Below, one piece after another: positions 44,501-54,440 of a stretch of DNA of 64,000 nucleotides. A program made the translations under genes and the position numbers. Positions within the stretch are counted from its first letter, which is position 1. Each line of letters begins with the position of its first letter. The notes below the pieces were generated by a model that had not been told where the DNA came from, made no database searches, and worked only from the letters and a program-made list of their open reading frames with translations. The DNA lies in the sequence record OR608733.1; one strand, given 5' to 3'.

Positions 44501-44785
44501 CGTATCTAATGGTTTAATATCTTGTTCGAATGTTGCTAGATCAACATTAGCGATAATGTTAATAGCCGGACCAACTGGGCCAGGAGGGCCTTGTTCGCCA
44601 TCTTTACCCGGCTGACCATCTTCACCCTTTAATCCAGGTATAGTAACAGGATCAACGAAAGTAGTATTAAGACCCACCCCGGTAGAAACCGGGATGTGTC
44701 CATTAACTACAGAAGTGGGCTCATCAATTGATGATACCCGTTTGGGGAGTTCCCCGTTTACATAATCTTCAAATGCAGAAGCCAT
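41504..44785 (-). CDS. gp146: Collagen-like tail fibre/appendage protein (1093 aa)
   Basis: About nine Gly-X-Y blocks (two very short; e.g. GPEGPEGPQGKDGE) separated by globular repeats; C-terminal phage-fibre-type beta domain. Confidence 0.8.
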   Translation of the reverse strand: MASAFEDYVNGELPKRVSSIDEPTSVVNGHIPVSTGVGLNTTFVDPVTIPGLKGEDGQPGKDGEQGPPGPVGPAINIIANVDLATFEQDIKPLDTHNVGDAWFVEDRLWVWESPLGNEDPPVKGRWVETGSLRGPDGTGLVIRGRWPNNLELPKTESNKPGDAYSWNNQLWAWMLISGNNPPENPTIDDYDWFPVTPQGERGPEGPEGPQGKDGEIGPEGPQGEPAMPFTIKDSLPSPADLPDPSVAKESEAYLVTMEAGKPEHLFIFVKGAWSDLGTFQGPEGPQGKPGNTGDPGPDGKQGEPGPQGRNLEVVKAVETADDLLTTTGVEQYQGVSVRSTNTVYVLTGQDPTVDISWTAMGSFRGPQGPEGPQGEDGEQGLPGEPGAQGKSAFQVALDNGFTGTEGEWLISLHGKNVVITGAVANEAALPADAPDQAAYFTQDTSTLFVKIDGNWVNSGTHRGPKGEDGAPGKDGDQGPEGPEGPEGPQGPAGEPIQIIAAIDTPEDTPPEALADNQWKAYTVKSTGEVFVNMDGSRWTSIGIMAGPQGKPGEGLNIKGVLTDASQLPKKDTDPDLVTGDSYWVETNEGTMLYTYQGQEIDGYIGPINLNGEQGIQGVEGPQGPEGKQGGGLLIIYVGDDAGKPVASADNVGKGIAIRTNTEGQVEVFVSIDTEGTFTWESLGVLAMGPQGPEGPEGKQGVPGIPGKTGQKGERGSSWVILPEGQTAPTSIDGNRGDWCIDKTGTVWYKDANWVVFYKLMSVPVSEVDPEDVDKKMVRYKLGWTELPVDEVVDAEVGVFYGRRKATADGAVEWTAIELPTPAIDAVPSPVVNAQYVRKGIAGGETEWATITFPEIPSDVVRDTAQATKPQGRVAGNWVDVAPLQTDDTLMGMQNGEWVAVPAAVIGEVPSEGANGTNYVREKTASGSKWTPVTIIVDQADATSGQLFLRNAAAKSWTLFQGPNNDVTADGDWLRSRTGTNITWKKLDKSFDAYSLKSSTFTGTALTITPANQQCYRVQTAANQTITLENGPVDRMITAVLVLLGKVAMPTLSSAVLQWNNGTPVIVDDLGDTKTVLTLLWDGTNWIVSKGAVI

Positions 44786-47154
44786 TATACTACTTCCTCA
44801 AGTTCGATTTTCATCAGTCCAGTGGTGTTGGACACAGCGTTTGCTGAGTCACAGTTATACCACTTATTGCCATCCTTGATGGTGTAGGTGTCAACTTGAT
44901 TTGCATCATCCGCCTTATAAGTGAAGTTTAAGCTACCAGTAGAACCTTTAGATAGGTTACTGCAACGTAGTTTACCAGTATTGGTTACTTCAGTACCAAT
45001 ATCAGTTTCACGGTTCGGCCAAGCAGCCACACTTAGAGTGCGGAATACAAATCCACCTAGTACATAAGTACCACCATTTACACTATTAGCTTCAACACCA
45101 GCTAAACCTTTTAGAACCACACTGTTAAAATCGTAGGTTCCTTTAGGATCATCGTCATGTACTAGTAATGCACGTGTCCATACCTTACCAGTGGCATCAG
45201 ATTTCCAATCCTCAGTAGCCCACTTACCGCCAGGCGCATTCATGGCCGGAGCTGCACTTAGTTTCTGAGTAGAGGTTAAAGTAATGACATGACTTTGTAC
45301 TTGGGTTCCAAAGTTACCACCTGAACGAAGGCGAGCAGCAGGGTAGGTAACCGTCGCAGTAGGTGCCGCATTTGCAATAGCCACAACAGCAGTAGCTGTA
45401 GCTACACTACCATTAGCTGCACGTTTAGCAGTAATTAATAGGTTATTAGTGCTGTCGTTATAAGTACCTGACTTATAAGTAACTACCTTAGCAATTTCTG
45501 CTTCATTTGCACTGGTTATAGTAAGCTGATCATTTGGTGAGGAATAAACCACACTATCAGCATTAGATACCGTATTGGCTACAGTAGCAGTTTCACCTAC
45601 TTTAATAGCACTTTGACCAGACGGATAAGTTACTTGACCAATATTAACAACTGGGCGAAGATCGTTTAACTGCATAGTGTTAATTTTATCTTCGGAACCA
45701 GCATCACTGGAAGTAAACCATTCTGACCATGATCCAGTTGATTTCTGAACACGTACACGGAAACCATATGCCTTAGTAGTATTACCACGATCAGCTACGT
45801 AAAGACCAGTAACCTCTAGTTCTTTAGTAGGTGCAACAGTACCACTACTTTCTTTCAGTGCACCAAAGTCAGCAATTTCGTATGCTACTATATTTTCATC
45901 AGTAACAACTTTAATTGCAACAAGGTCATCTTCTTTAAGTTCTGTTTGACCTAACGGATAACCGCCAGTAAATACAGCACTGGTAATATTAGCGGGAGTA
46001 TCGGCTAATACCTTAGTAGTGAATTTAGCCCCATCGGCGTGTTCTACAACAATATCAGCATAACCTTCAGTAGTAGGTGCACCAAGATCAATATCGGCGG
46101 TAGCAATCCACATAGGTGGATTAACGCCAGGAGTTACAACTGCATCTACGTTATTGATTTTAACACTAGGTACATAACTAGAATGTCCAGTTATTGCATC
46201 AACGATAACCCGAACATTACTAGTAGTCGATAGGCATGACTGTACGCTGTGTCCATCAGGGGTACGCACAATACTACCTACGTTCTGACTGGGATCAGTT
46301 GCTTGTACATCTTTGACGAATACACCGCCACTAATACCTTCGTTTTTAGGAAGGTTCTTAAGATCAACAATTGTTTCATCAACGCCTTCAACAATACGGA
46401 TATTGCCGTCATTCTTGAATGCAATGTAATCAGTTAAACTACCAATCTGGAATTCACCATTGTCATAAATACGAATTTCAGACTCAGGTAATTCGGGTAA
46501 TGCACCTTGTGTAGTGGGTGCAGAGGCGTTCTTTAGATAAGAATAACCTTCTGCCTCCATACGACCTTGTTCCATCATACGCTGAGGTACTTTATCACCA
46601 ACAGTTAAGTCGTCTTGATTTAGACGCTTATCAAACAGGAAAGCAAAGTTATGGAAAGCAGCGTTGGATGATAATCCACCATTCTTACCAGTTACACGCA
46701 GTACATCTTTAACTGTATAGCCTTGTTGATTTAAGAGTGTCTGGAGTAGTTCAGCAGTCATGGTTGCATGCAGTGATGTTAACCATTCCTGTTCAGTACC
46801 TTGGAAACCATTTTCCACAGCTACTTCATATGCACTCTTACCAGCATCACCTTTAAGGGATGCTATAAACTCTTCTTCAGTACCAACGAAGCCTAGATCG
46901 ACTGCGATTTGATAAGAAGATTTACCTTTAAGCGAATCAAGCCATTCGGTTTCAGTTCCCTGGAAACCATTTTTAACGGCAATCTCGTACGCACTAAGAC
47001 CGGGTGCCCCAGTCTGTAGTTTTGACAGCAGAAACTTATAGTTATCGACTTGACCAGCTGCATCGGTATGAATTAATTCAATATACTCGCTATCATTAAG
47101 AGTAGCTAGATCCGGCAGTTGACTGATCTTGCCTTTGTCTGTAGCATTTGCCAT
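44785..47154 (-). CDS. gp145: Virion fibre/appendage protein (789 aa)
   Basis: N-terminal KISQLP motif; three G-x-S-[AS]-Y..GF.GTE.E[WF]..SL repeats; Ig-like beta-rich C-terminal region; TAATG coupling to gp146. Confidence 0.72.
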   Translation of the reverse strand: MANATDKGKISQLPDLATLNDSEYIELIHTDAAGQVDNYKFLLSKLQTGAPGLSAYEIAVKNGFQGTETEWLDSLKGKSSYQIAVDLGFVGTEEEFIASLKGDAGKSAYEVAVENGFQGTEQEWLTSLHATMTAELLQTLLNQQGYTVKDVLRVTGKNGGLSSNAAFHNFAFLFDKRLNQDDLTVGDKVPQRMMEQGRMEAEGYSYLKNASAPTTQGALPELPESEIRIYDNGEFQIGSLTDYIAFKNDGNIRIVEGVDETIVDLKNLPKNEGISGGVFVKDVQATDPSQNVGSIVRTPDGHSVQSCLSTTSNVRVIVDAITGHSSYVPSVKINNVDAVVTPGVNPPMWIATADIDLGAPTTEGYADIVVEHADGAKFTTKVLADTPANITSAVFTGGYPLGQTELKEDDLVAIKVVTDENIVAYEIADFGALKESSGTVAPTKELEVTGLYVADRGNTTKAYGFRVRVQKSTGSWSEWFTSSDAGSEDKINTMQLNDLRPVVNIGQVTYPSGQSAIKVGETATVANTVSNADSVVYSSPNDQLTITSANEAEIAKVVTYKSGTYNDSTNNLLITAKRAANGSVATATAVVAIANAAPTATVTYPAARLRSGGNFGTQVQSHVITLTSTQKLSAAPAMNAPGGKWATEDWKSDATGKVWTRALLVHDDDPKGTYDFNSVVLKGLAGVEANSVNGGTYVLGGFVFRTLSVAAWPNRETDIGTEVTNTGKLRCSNLSKGSTGSLNFTYKADDANQVDTYTIKDGNKWYNCDSANAVSNTTGLMKIELEEVV

Positions 47155-47256
47155 TTTTATTTCCTTGCTGTATAAGAAACACTAACATGTTAGTCTTTCG
47201 AAGAAGACTCATACAGTAATGTACTATTGCCAATGAGTAATATTTCAACAACATAA

Positions 47257-47276
47257 GAGAGTCCCGAAGGACTCTC
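47257..47276. terminator. Stem-loop terminator with UUCG loop (minus strand)
   Basis: GAGAGTCC-ttcg-GGACTCTC then TTATGTTGTT, downstream of the endolysin. Confidence 0.7.
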
Positions 47277-47359
47277 AAAAAGTTACATTAGCAAAAGATG
47301 TGGTTTATCATGAGGGGAAGTTTCACATGATACCATAGACTCCATTCTATTGCTACATC

Positions 47360-48200
<841 letters not shown>

Positions 48201-48203
48201 TAC

Positions 48204-48737
48204 TTAACTTTCTAGATAACGGATTTGACCATTTTCTAGATAACGTGCTGCGCCATTCTCTAATAGCCGGATAGTATCTGATGTATCATCAATACGTTGA
48301 ATTAGTATATTACATTCGCCATAGTAAGCATAACTACTCGACATAGCTACTATCGTGTATGGAACAACATCCGTAGTTGCATTGATTGGTGTTGTATCAA
48401 ATGAAACATCATCTGGTCCAAGCTTCCAACCCCGTGAACGGTTGATTTCTTCAGCAATTGCTTTAGGTGTTAAAGTACCAACTATCTTAAGGATAGATCC
48501 TTCACCAATAGCTCGTGGATCAGCAAAATCTAACCGACGGTAAGTTAACATGTACTTAATGTCAGTAGTAATGTCGATCATTTCAATAAATGTACGTCCA
48601 GGCTCAATCGTGGTTGGACTAAAAAACATATCTTCAAATGTAACTGTTTCTGGTTTGAAGTTTATTTTTAAATCATCCCGCGCAAGTTTTACTAGCGCGT
48701 CCCTCGATGCCATGTCATACGGAAAGATATCCTGCAT
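48204..48737 (-). CDS. Virion-type protein (177 aa)
   Basis: GAGG RBS; similar to the N-terminal domain of 31012..31962; C-terminal RLLENG/RYLENG repeats. Confidence 0.7.
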   Translation of the reverse strand: MQDIFPYDMASRDALVKLARDDLKINFKPETVTFEDMFFSPTTIEPGRTFIEMIDITTDIKYMLTYRRLDFADPRAIGEGSILKIVGTLTPKAIAEEINRSRGWKLGPDDVSFDTTPINATTDVVPYTIVAMSSSYAYYGECNILIQRIDDTSDTIRLLENGAARYLENGQIRYLES

Positions 48738-48784
48738 GTCAAACCTCTATAGTGGTAAAATGTTTAATCCACATAGCATTATAA

Positions 48785-48809
48785 AGCCTTCCTCTTCAAG
48801 AGGAAGGCT
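48785..48809. terminator. Stem-loop terminator
   Basis: AGCCTTCCTCT-tca-AGAGGAAGGCT, a perfect 11-bp stem after the holin candidate. Confidence 0.68.
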
Positions 48810-48819
48810 ATTATAGTTT

Positions 48820-49215
48820 TTATTGCATAAGCATCTTTATTAATTCAAAGGTACCTTGCACAATAGTCTTTAACACATTGGCACTTTCTTCTGACATAGG
48901 TGCACCAGATAAAACTACCATAGTAGATACTGATGCCCCAATAAGAGTAACACCACCAGCTAATACTAATACCGCATTACGGTAAGAATCTTTAGCCTTC
49001 ACTTCAGCAATTTCCCGGCTGAGAATTTTATATTGAAGATCTGAATCAGTAATAGCATAAATTCGACTAAGTACTTCTTCACCAGTTATACTTAGATTTA
49101 TACGTTGTTCCTTTTCCAATACGCTATTTAAATAGGTACGTATCTTCTTTCCATAGTCTTTAGAAGAAGATAAAGGATTACCATCGATCTCAATCAGAAC
49201 GTCCTCTAGGGTCAT
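48820..49215 (-). CDS. Membrane protein, holin candidate (~131 aa)
   Basis: ATG 49215 after GGAG; TM segment AVLVLAGGVTLIGASVSTMVVL then an amphipathic C-terminal helix; last gene of the spanin operon. Confidence 0.55.
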   Translation of the reverse strand: MTLEDVLIEIDGNPLSSSKDYGKKIRTYLNSVLEKEQRINLSITGEEVLSRIYAITDSDLQYKILSREIAEVKAKDSYRNAVLVLAGGVTLIGASVSTMVVLSGAPMSEESANVLKTIVQGTFELIKMLMQ

Positions 49216-49552
49216 GACTATTCTCCAAATTACGTTGACGTTCGTTCCATTCACGCAATTTGTCTACTTGGATATTACATAGTCCAAGTGCATCAGTTTG
49301 TAAAAGCCAATGTTCGGTCATAAGTAAGAAACGTGCTTCATTCTCATCAGTAACCCCAACAGCTTTATATCTATCTAATGCATTGATGATCTCATTAGCT
49401 GTAGGTGGGGCTTCTACATCACAAGGGAGAAGCAAACTACTTGGGATTGCAACTGGTATTTTCACGGGCGGCGGCACAGTAGTGCTCGTACATCCGTTTA
49501 GCAATAACATTAATAGACTTATTAATGCTATCTTTTTTTGTGTCAGTTTCAT
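49190..49552 (-). CDS. o-spanin (Rz1-like outer-membrane lipoprotein, ~120 aa)
   Basis: MKLTQKKIALISLLMLLLNG|C lipobox; PPPVKIP, LLLPC and LCNIQVDKLREW patterns; overlaps the i-spanin 3' end by 116 bp in another frame. Confidence 0.8.
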   Translation of the reverse strand: MKLTQKKIALISLLMLLLNGCTSTTVPPPVKIPVAIPSSLLLPCDVEAPPTANEIINALDRYKAVGVTDENEARFLLMTEHWLLQTDALGLCNIQVDKLREWNERQRNLENSHDPRGRSD

Positions 49553-49943
49553 GTTTAATCTCAGTAGTGGTACTTTCCCCATTAGTTGTTTTAGCTTTAA
49601 CCTCAGGCCATACAGGGGGAGTATATCCACGACCTGATAAACTAATGTACTCATCAATCACCTCAGTGCGTGATTGCGCCTGCTCTTTTTGTATCTCTTT
49701 CTTTTTAGTAATTAGTTCAGCTTGAATTTTATCGGAGATACGGTCTGATTCAATCCTAACCTTTTCTGCCGCTTCATAAGATTTAATTTTTCCAATTAAA
49801 TCTGTAGAGCGAACAAGTTCCGTCTCATAACTATTTTTGTAATATATGATACCAATTAAGGCACCTATCAGAATAACTAATAGTAACCATATATGCAATG
49901 GCACACTACCAATTATTTTTCGTATACCTGCTAATAGGAACAT
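49437..49943 (-). CDS. i-spanin (Rz-like, 168 aa)
   Basis: Single N-terminal TM (IWLLLVILIGALIGIIYY), periplasmic coiled coil, two C-terminal Cys; GAGG RBS. Confidence 0.78.
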   Translation of the reverse strand: MFLLAGIRKIIGSVPLHIWLLLVILIGALIGIIYYKNSYETELVRSTDLIGKIKSYEAAEKVRIESDRISDKIQAELITKKKEIQKEQAQSRTEVIDEYISLSGRGYTPPVWPEVKAKTTNGESTTTEIKHETDTKKDSINKSINVIAKRMYEHYCAAARENTSCNPK

Positions 49944-49958
49944 TGTTACCTCGAATTG

Positions 49959-50522
49959 TTAAACAATCCTAGTAAGGTAGTAGTAAGCTATTGCACAAGC
50001 ATCCATGGAGTGGTCATCTAAACTATCTATGTCGATGTTCCATGTGATATCAGTACGAGAGCGCATTGCTTCTTTAACATCGTCTTTAGTAGTGCCCTTT
50101 ACTTTTTTCATACCAGCATTGATCTTAACTGTGGTCGGATCAATCATGTATAAAGGTATAAATCTATCATACTCGTATAATGCTCTATGTACATAGGTTA
50201 CACATTCTACAAGTACAGCGAAGCTTTGGGCAAACTTACCAAGATAGTTAGATTCTACAATCACTGCATGTGGCTTTTCTGTATGCAGTATATTTAGTAC
50301 CACATCACTCATTTGCTGCATTCTAGTGAATCTACTACCATGAACCTCGGAAATGGCAGCATATGCCGGATTTGTATCTTTAAGGTGGCAAGTAAATGCA
50401 TTACGTACCACCTTATTACTTCCATCCAACTTATCTTCCAGAATAGCTATGCCGAGGTTTTGTGAACCAGGGTCTAATGCTAGTACCCGAAATGGCTCAT
50501 CACTCGCTGGAAGCTTAAGCAT
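49959..50522 (-). CDS. ruvC: RuvC-like Holliday junction resolvase (187 aa)
   Basis: VLALDPGS, VIVES, GTTKDDV and DDHSMDACAIA acidic catalytic motifs. Confidence 0.85.
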   Translation of the reverse strand: MLKLPASDEPFRVLALDPGSQNLGIAILEDKLDGSNKVVRNAFTCHLKDTNPAYAAISEVHGSRFTRMQQMSDVVLNILHTEKPHAVIVESNYLGKFAQSFAVLVECVTYVHRALYEYDRFIPLYMIDPTTVKINAGMKKVKGTTKDDVKEAMRSRTDITWNIDIDSLDDHSMDACAIAYYYLTRIV

Positions 50523-50524
50523 AT

Positions 50525-51451
<927 letters not shown>

Positions 51452-51487
51452 TTAGTACACTGTACTATTGAGTAAATTTGTAAGAGT

Positions 51488-51507
51488 TCCCCTCCACATG
51501 GAGGGGA
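51488..51507. terminator. Stem-loop terminator
   Basis: TCCCCTCC-acat-GGAGGGGA at the end of the tail-tip/oxygenase operon. Confidence 0.62.
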
Positions 51508-51516
51508 TTTATGCTG

Positions 51517-52005
51517 TTAAGCAAATTTTTCAGGAGCACCACGTACCATTACACAGATCCATGATTGTCCATTATGGGAACGTTTTACTTCATGTAATTG
51601 GGATAGATGAAATACTAATCCTTCACCTTTTCCAATTAATAGTTCTTCGCCATCTAAAATGAACTTAGCATCAGGTCCAATATTCCAAGCAAGAATAGTA
51701 CCGGACTCGGGTTTATCTACCCAATAATTCATCTCATCTAGAAATCCATCTATTTTGGGGAAATCTAAAAACCATACTTGTAATGCTTTGTTAAATAGTT
51801 CTTCGCCTAAAATTGGTTTAATTTCTTTACGCTGTTTAGCAGTCCAATTAAACCATTTTGAAGTATTATAAACACTACATGCTTTAAGGCCATTAGTGCC
51901 AACTCGCATACGGTGGCCATATGAGTCTCTAAATGAAACTTCACCTTTAAGCTTTGTTAATGTTTTTAGTTCTGTCTTAGATAAAGTCTTAAGTTTAATT
52001 GCCAT
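51517..52005 (-). CDS. Cupin/2OG-Fe(II)-oxygenase-like protein, degenerate (162 aa)
   Basis: GEGLVFHLSQLHEV matches the distal His strand; the proximal HxD is not evident. Confidence 0.55.
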   Translation of the reverse strand: MAIKLKTLSKTELKTLTKLKGEVSFRDSYGHRMRVGTNGLKACSVYNTSKWFNWTAKQRKEIKPILGEELFNKALQVWFLDFPKIDGFLDEMNYWVDKPESGTILAWNIGPDAKFILDGEELLIGKGEGLVFHLSQLHEVKRSHNGQSWICVMVRGAPEKFA

Positions 52006-52013
52006 GTTGTACC

Positions 52014-52574
52014 CTACTCGTAGAGATATATAAGGACGTATCTTTTATTTTTAACTGGAGGGACTTCATGTGGCTCTGAACGGATTGGAAAAATAGTAGC
52101 CCTACCTGGTACATCCTGATAAAACTCACCATTGATCGTTATACCATCGCCATTGTCATTTAATGCAATAACCATGTTGTAACGATAAACAGCTTGGTCG
52201 ATGTGTTCAGGCATACCTGTACCAATTTCATATCGGTTGATTAGAACTTCGCCTAACCAAGCACCTTCTACCTTAGGTGCAATATGAAATAGTAATTCCC
52301 GTAATTCCATTGGCATTTGGTTATGCCCTAAAAACCAATAATCACACTCAGTGATACCTTTGGTTGGGATACTATTAATTTTTTTCCGATTAAACCACCA
52401 GGAATCTCCTAGTGTATCCAGATAAGATACAAGGTCAGCTGCAAATTCAGCTGAAAACACGTCCTTGGTCGATCTTTCGTGGGCCGATAAGCTCATGCAG
52501 GCCACCTGCATATCGATGTGCTTTCTCAGCGTCGAGATCTTCCCTGGATTTATAGATAACGTCTGGGCTCTCAA
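52014..52574 (-). CDS. 2OG-Fe(II) oxygenase (186 aa)
   Basis: INRYEIGTGMPEHID (HxD), PHEV (His) and KRYVL (2OG-binding Arg); TTG start behind a perfect AAGGAGG. Confidence 0.8.
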   Translation of the reverse strand: MRAQTLSINPGKISTLRKHIDMQVACMSLSAHERSTKDVFSAEFAADLVSYLDTLGDSWWFNRKKINSIPTKGITECDYWFLGHNQMPMELRELLFHIAPKVEGAWLGEVLINRYEIGTGMPEHIDQAVYRYNMVIALNDNGDGITINGEFYQDVPGRATIFPIRSEPHEVPPVKNKRYVLIYLYE

Positions 52575-53049
52575 TTAGGGCCTCCTTATGCGCGCGATTA
52601 GTTCGTTTAACAAGATCAATATAATCAAGCATTTCTTCTAGTTCATCTAACTCTTGACCATATTTTTCAGCTAGCTGTTTAATTGCACGTGCAAGGATAT
52701 TAATTTGCTCAGTCACTGGATAGCGTTCAGTAATTTTGTAGGCCACTTTACTATTTAAGTGATCTTCAGTAATCACTTGTGGCGCTTCTTCTTTAGGAAC
52801 AATCTTCCAATCGGAAAGTGTAGGTTGTTTACCAGGTGTATTACTTACGACTACATCATAAGTACCCATTTCGGCTTCAACAAAAATGGTGTGCTCACGT
52901 GACTTAGCATCGAATGCATCTAAAGGTAGATAGCCTACGCTTTGTAGGAATACCTCAGAAGTACGGTTAAACATTAATAGTACTTTTACTTTATCTTCAG
53001 TAGGCGCAGTAGCTAAAGATAGTTCTTGGAGTGATAACGGATTATTCAT
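52447..53049 (-). CDS. Possible tail-fibre assembly chaperone-like protein (~200 aa)
   Basis: TAATG coupling to the last tail-tip gene; YPVTEQINIL resembles motifs of small phage fibre-associated proteins. Confidence 0.6.
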   Translation of the reverse strand: MNNPLSLQELSLATAPTEDKVKVLLMFNRTSEVFLQSVGYLPLDAFDAKSREHTIFVEAEMGTYDVVVSNTPGKQPTLSDWKIVPKEEAPQVITEDHLNSKVAYKITERYPVTEQINILARAIKQLAEKYGQELDELEEMLDYIDLVKRTNRAHKEALIESPDVIYKSREDLDAEKAHRYAGGLHELIGPRKIDQGRVFS

Positions 53050-54440
53050 TATACAAGTGCTCCAGCTCGAATCATCCAACGCCATGTACCATTATTTCTA
53101 ACTGCTACATATTGCTGGTAATAATAGGCTTCAAAGGGGGTATTAGTTCTAACACCTACAACAGCGTAAGTGCCTTCAGGATATTTGGTATTATCTGTAA
53201 ACATCGTATTTAACGTGTTTAATGCTTCTGCTTCACTATTTACCTGACCTAAGGTAATGGCTTTAATCTTATCTTTGTTCCACTCTTTAAAAGCTTCAAC
53301 CCAGTCTTGCCAAGTACCATCGCTTGCTAGATAATATCTCTCAGGGTCATTTAATATTGATGCATTACCTTTACCTAATGCATTCCATTTAAATACGCCA
53401 CTAGTTACTTCTTCAGCTGGAATATCTTTTCGAACATCATTCCAGAAATTCTGATATACCTTACCTGTTCCAGTAACTGGATAACCCTGACTATTAGTAG
53501 TAGCACCAATAGTGGTCGCATTAGCAGCTTGTTCATTAATACCTAATAATGGAGTTATTTTAGAATCCATCACTGGTTTGGTATATGATCCAACTTGGTC
53601 AGCTGTGACAGCATGTGGGTTATTAAAGTTTTTAATATGTGCTGCAAGTTTAGCCAACGTATCAATATTAAGAATACGATAAATACCACCAATTGGCATG
53701 TATTTATTATTTACGTTTCTATTAACTGACTCAGCTTCAGTAGCAAAACCCCAGTTGGATATCTTATCAAGCGGTGGAATTAACTTGAATCGATCATCAG
53801 CATGCGGATTATTATAATCAGTTAAGTGTGCTGTAACTCGATCTCTATAATCGTCCACAGCGGTTTTTGCATCAGTGAGATAAACTTTATAATAATCATC
53901 GGCAGCATTATCCATGGCACTTCTACCGACCCGATAAGCATGTGCTATTCGGTTTAATTCAGTTACCATTGTATCTGTGCCATAAATCTGCCAATATTCA
54001 TGGCCGTGAGGTGCAGGCGGATATGCATCGGGTTTACCAATAATATCATCCCAAGTGAAACTTAATTCATCTAATTCAAGTTTATCAAAAACAGCTTTAA
54101 GTTCTAATGCTGAAATACTAAAGAAACCACCAACTGCTCTATATGTAACTTGGACATTAGGACTAACATTAGGATCAGTTACTACAACAATACCCATTAC
54201 TTCTAAGCCAGTCATTTCAGATAACTGTGAATAAAGATAGGTTGTTTTATATTGATCTTTGTTTAAAGATAAACCAGTCTTCTTATCACGTAGATTAAAG
54301 TCCTTAGTATAAAAACCACCATGTGTACACATAAGTACGCGATGTGTTTTATTATTGACTTGAATAAGTGTGTGATCCTCATCTACAATGTAATTAGATG
54401 CTAATTTAGCTTTTAGATCTAATGGTAAAAAAGTAATCAT
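53049..54440 (-). CDS. gp135: Tail-tip/fibre protein of the gp131 family (463 aa)
   Basis: Shared N-terminal domain (LPLD..HGGFYTK..GGFF) and H..D..NPH repeats. Confidence 0.78.
   Translation of the reverse strand: MITFLPLDLKAKLASNYIVDEDHTLIQVNNKTHRVLMCTHGGFYTKDFNLRDKKTGLSLNKDQYKTTYLYSQLSEMTGLEVMGIVVVTDPNVSPNVQVTYRAVGGFFSISALELKAVFDKLELDELSFTWDDIIGKPDAYPPAPHGHEYWQIYGTDTMVTELNRIAHAYRVGRSAMDNAADDYYKVYLTDAKTAVDDYRDRVTAHLTDYNNPHADDRFKLIPPLDKISNWGFATEAESVNRNVNNKYMPIGGIYRILNIDTLAKLAAHIKNFNNPHAVTADQVGSYTKPVMDSKITPLLGINEQAANATTIGATTNSQGYPVTGTGKVYQNFWNDVRKDIPAEEVTSGVFKWNALGKGNASILNDPERYYLASDGTWQDWVEAFKEWNKDKIKAITLGQVNSEAEALNTLNTMFTDNTKYPEGTYAVVGVRTNTPFEAYYYQQYVAVRNNGTWRWMIRAGALV

Noticed and set aside
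41520-46712. Short ORFs opposite or overlapping gp146/gp145, including Pro/Gly/Ser-rich ones at 43071-44123
   Set aside because: By-products of the Gly-X-Y codon pattern on the other strand; no independent coding evidence.
47283-47345. 20-codon minus-strand ORF after the endolysin
   Set aside because: Very short, no SD upstream of its ATG.
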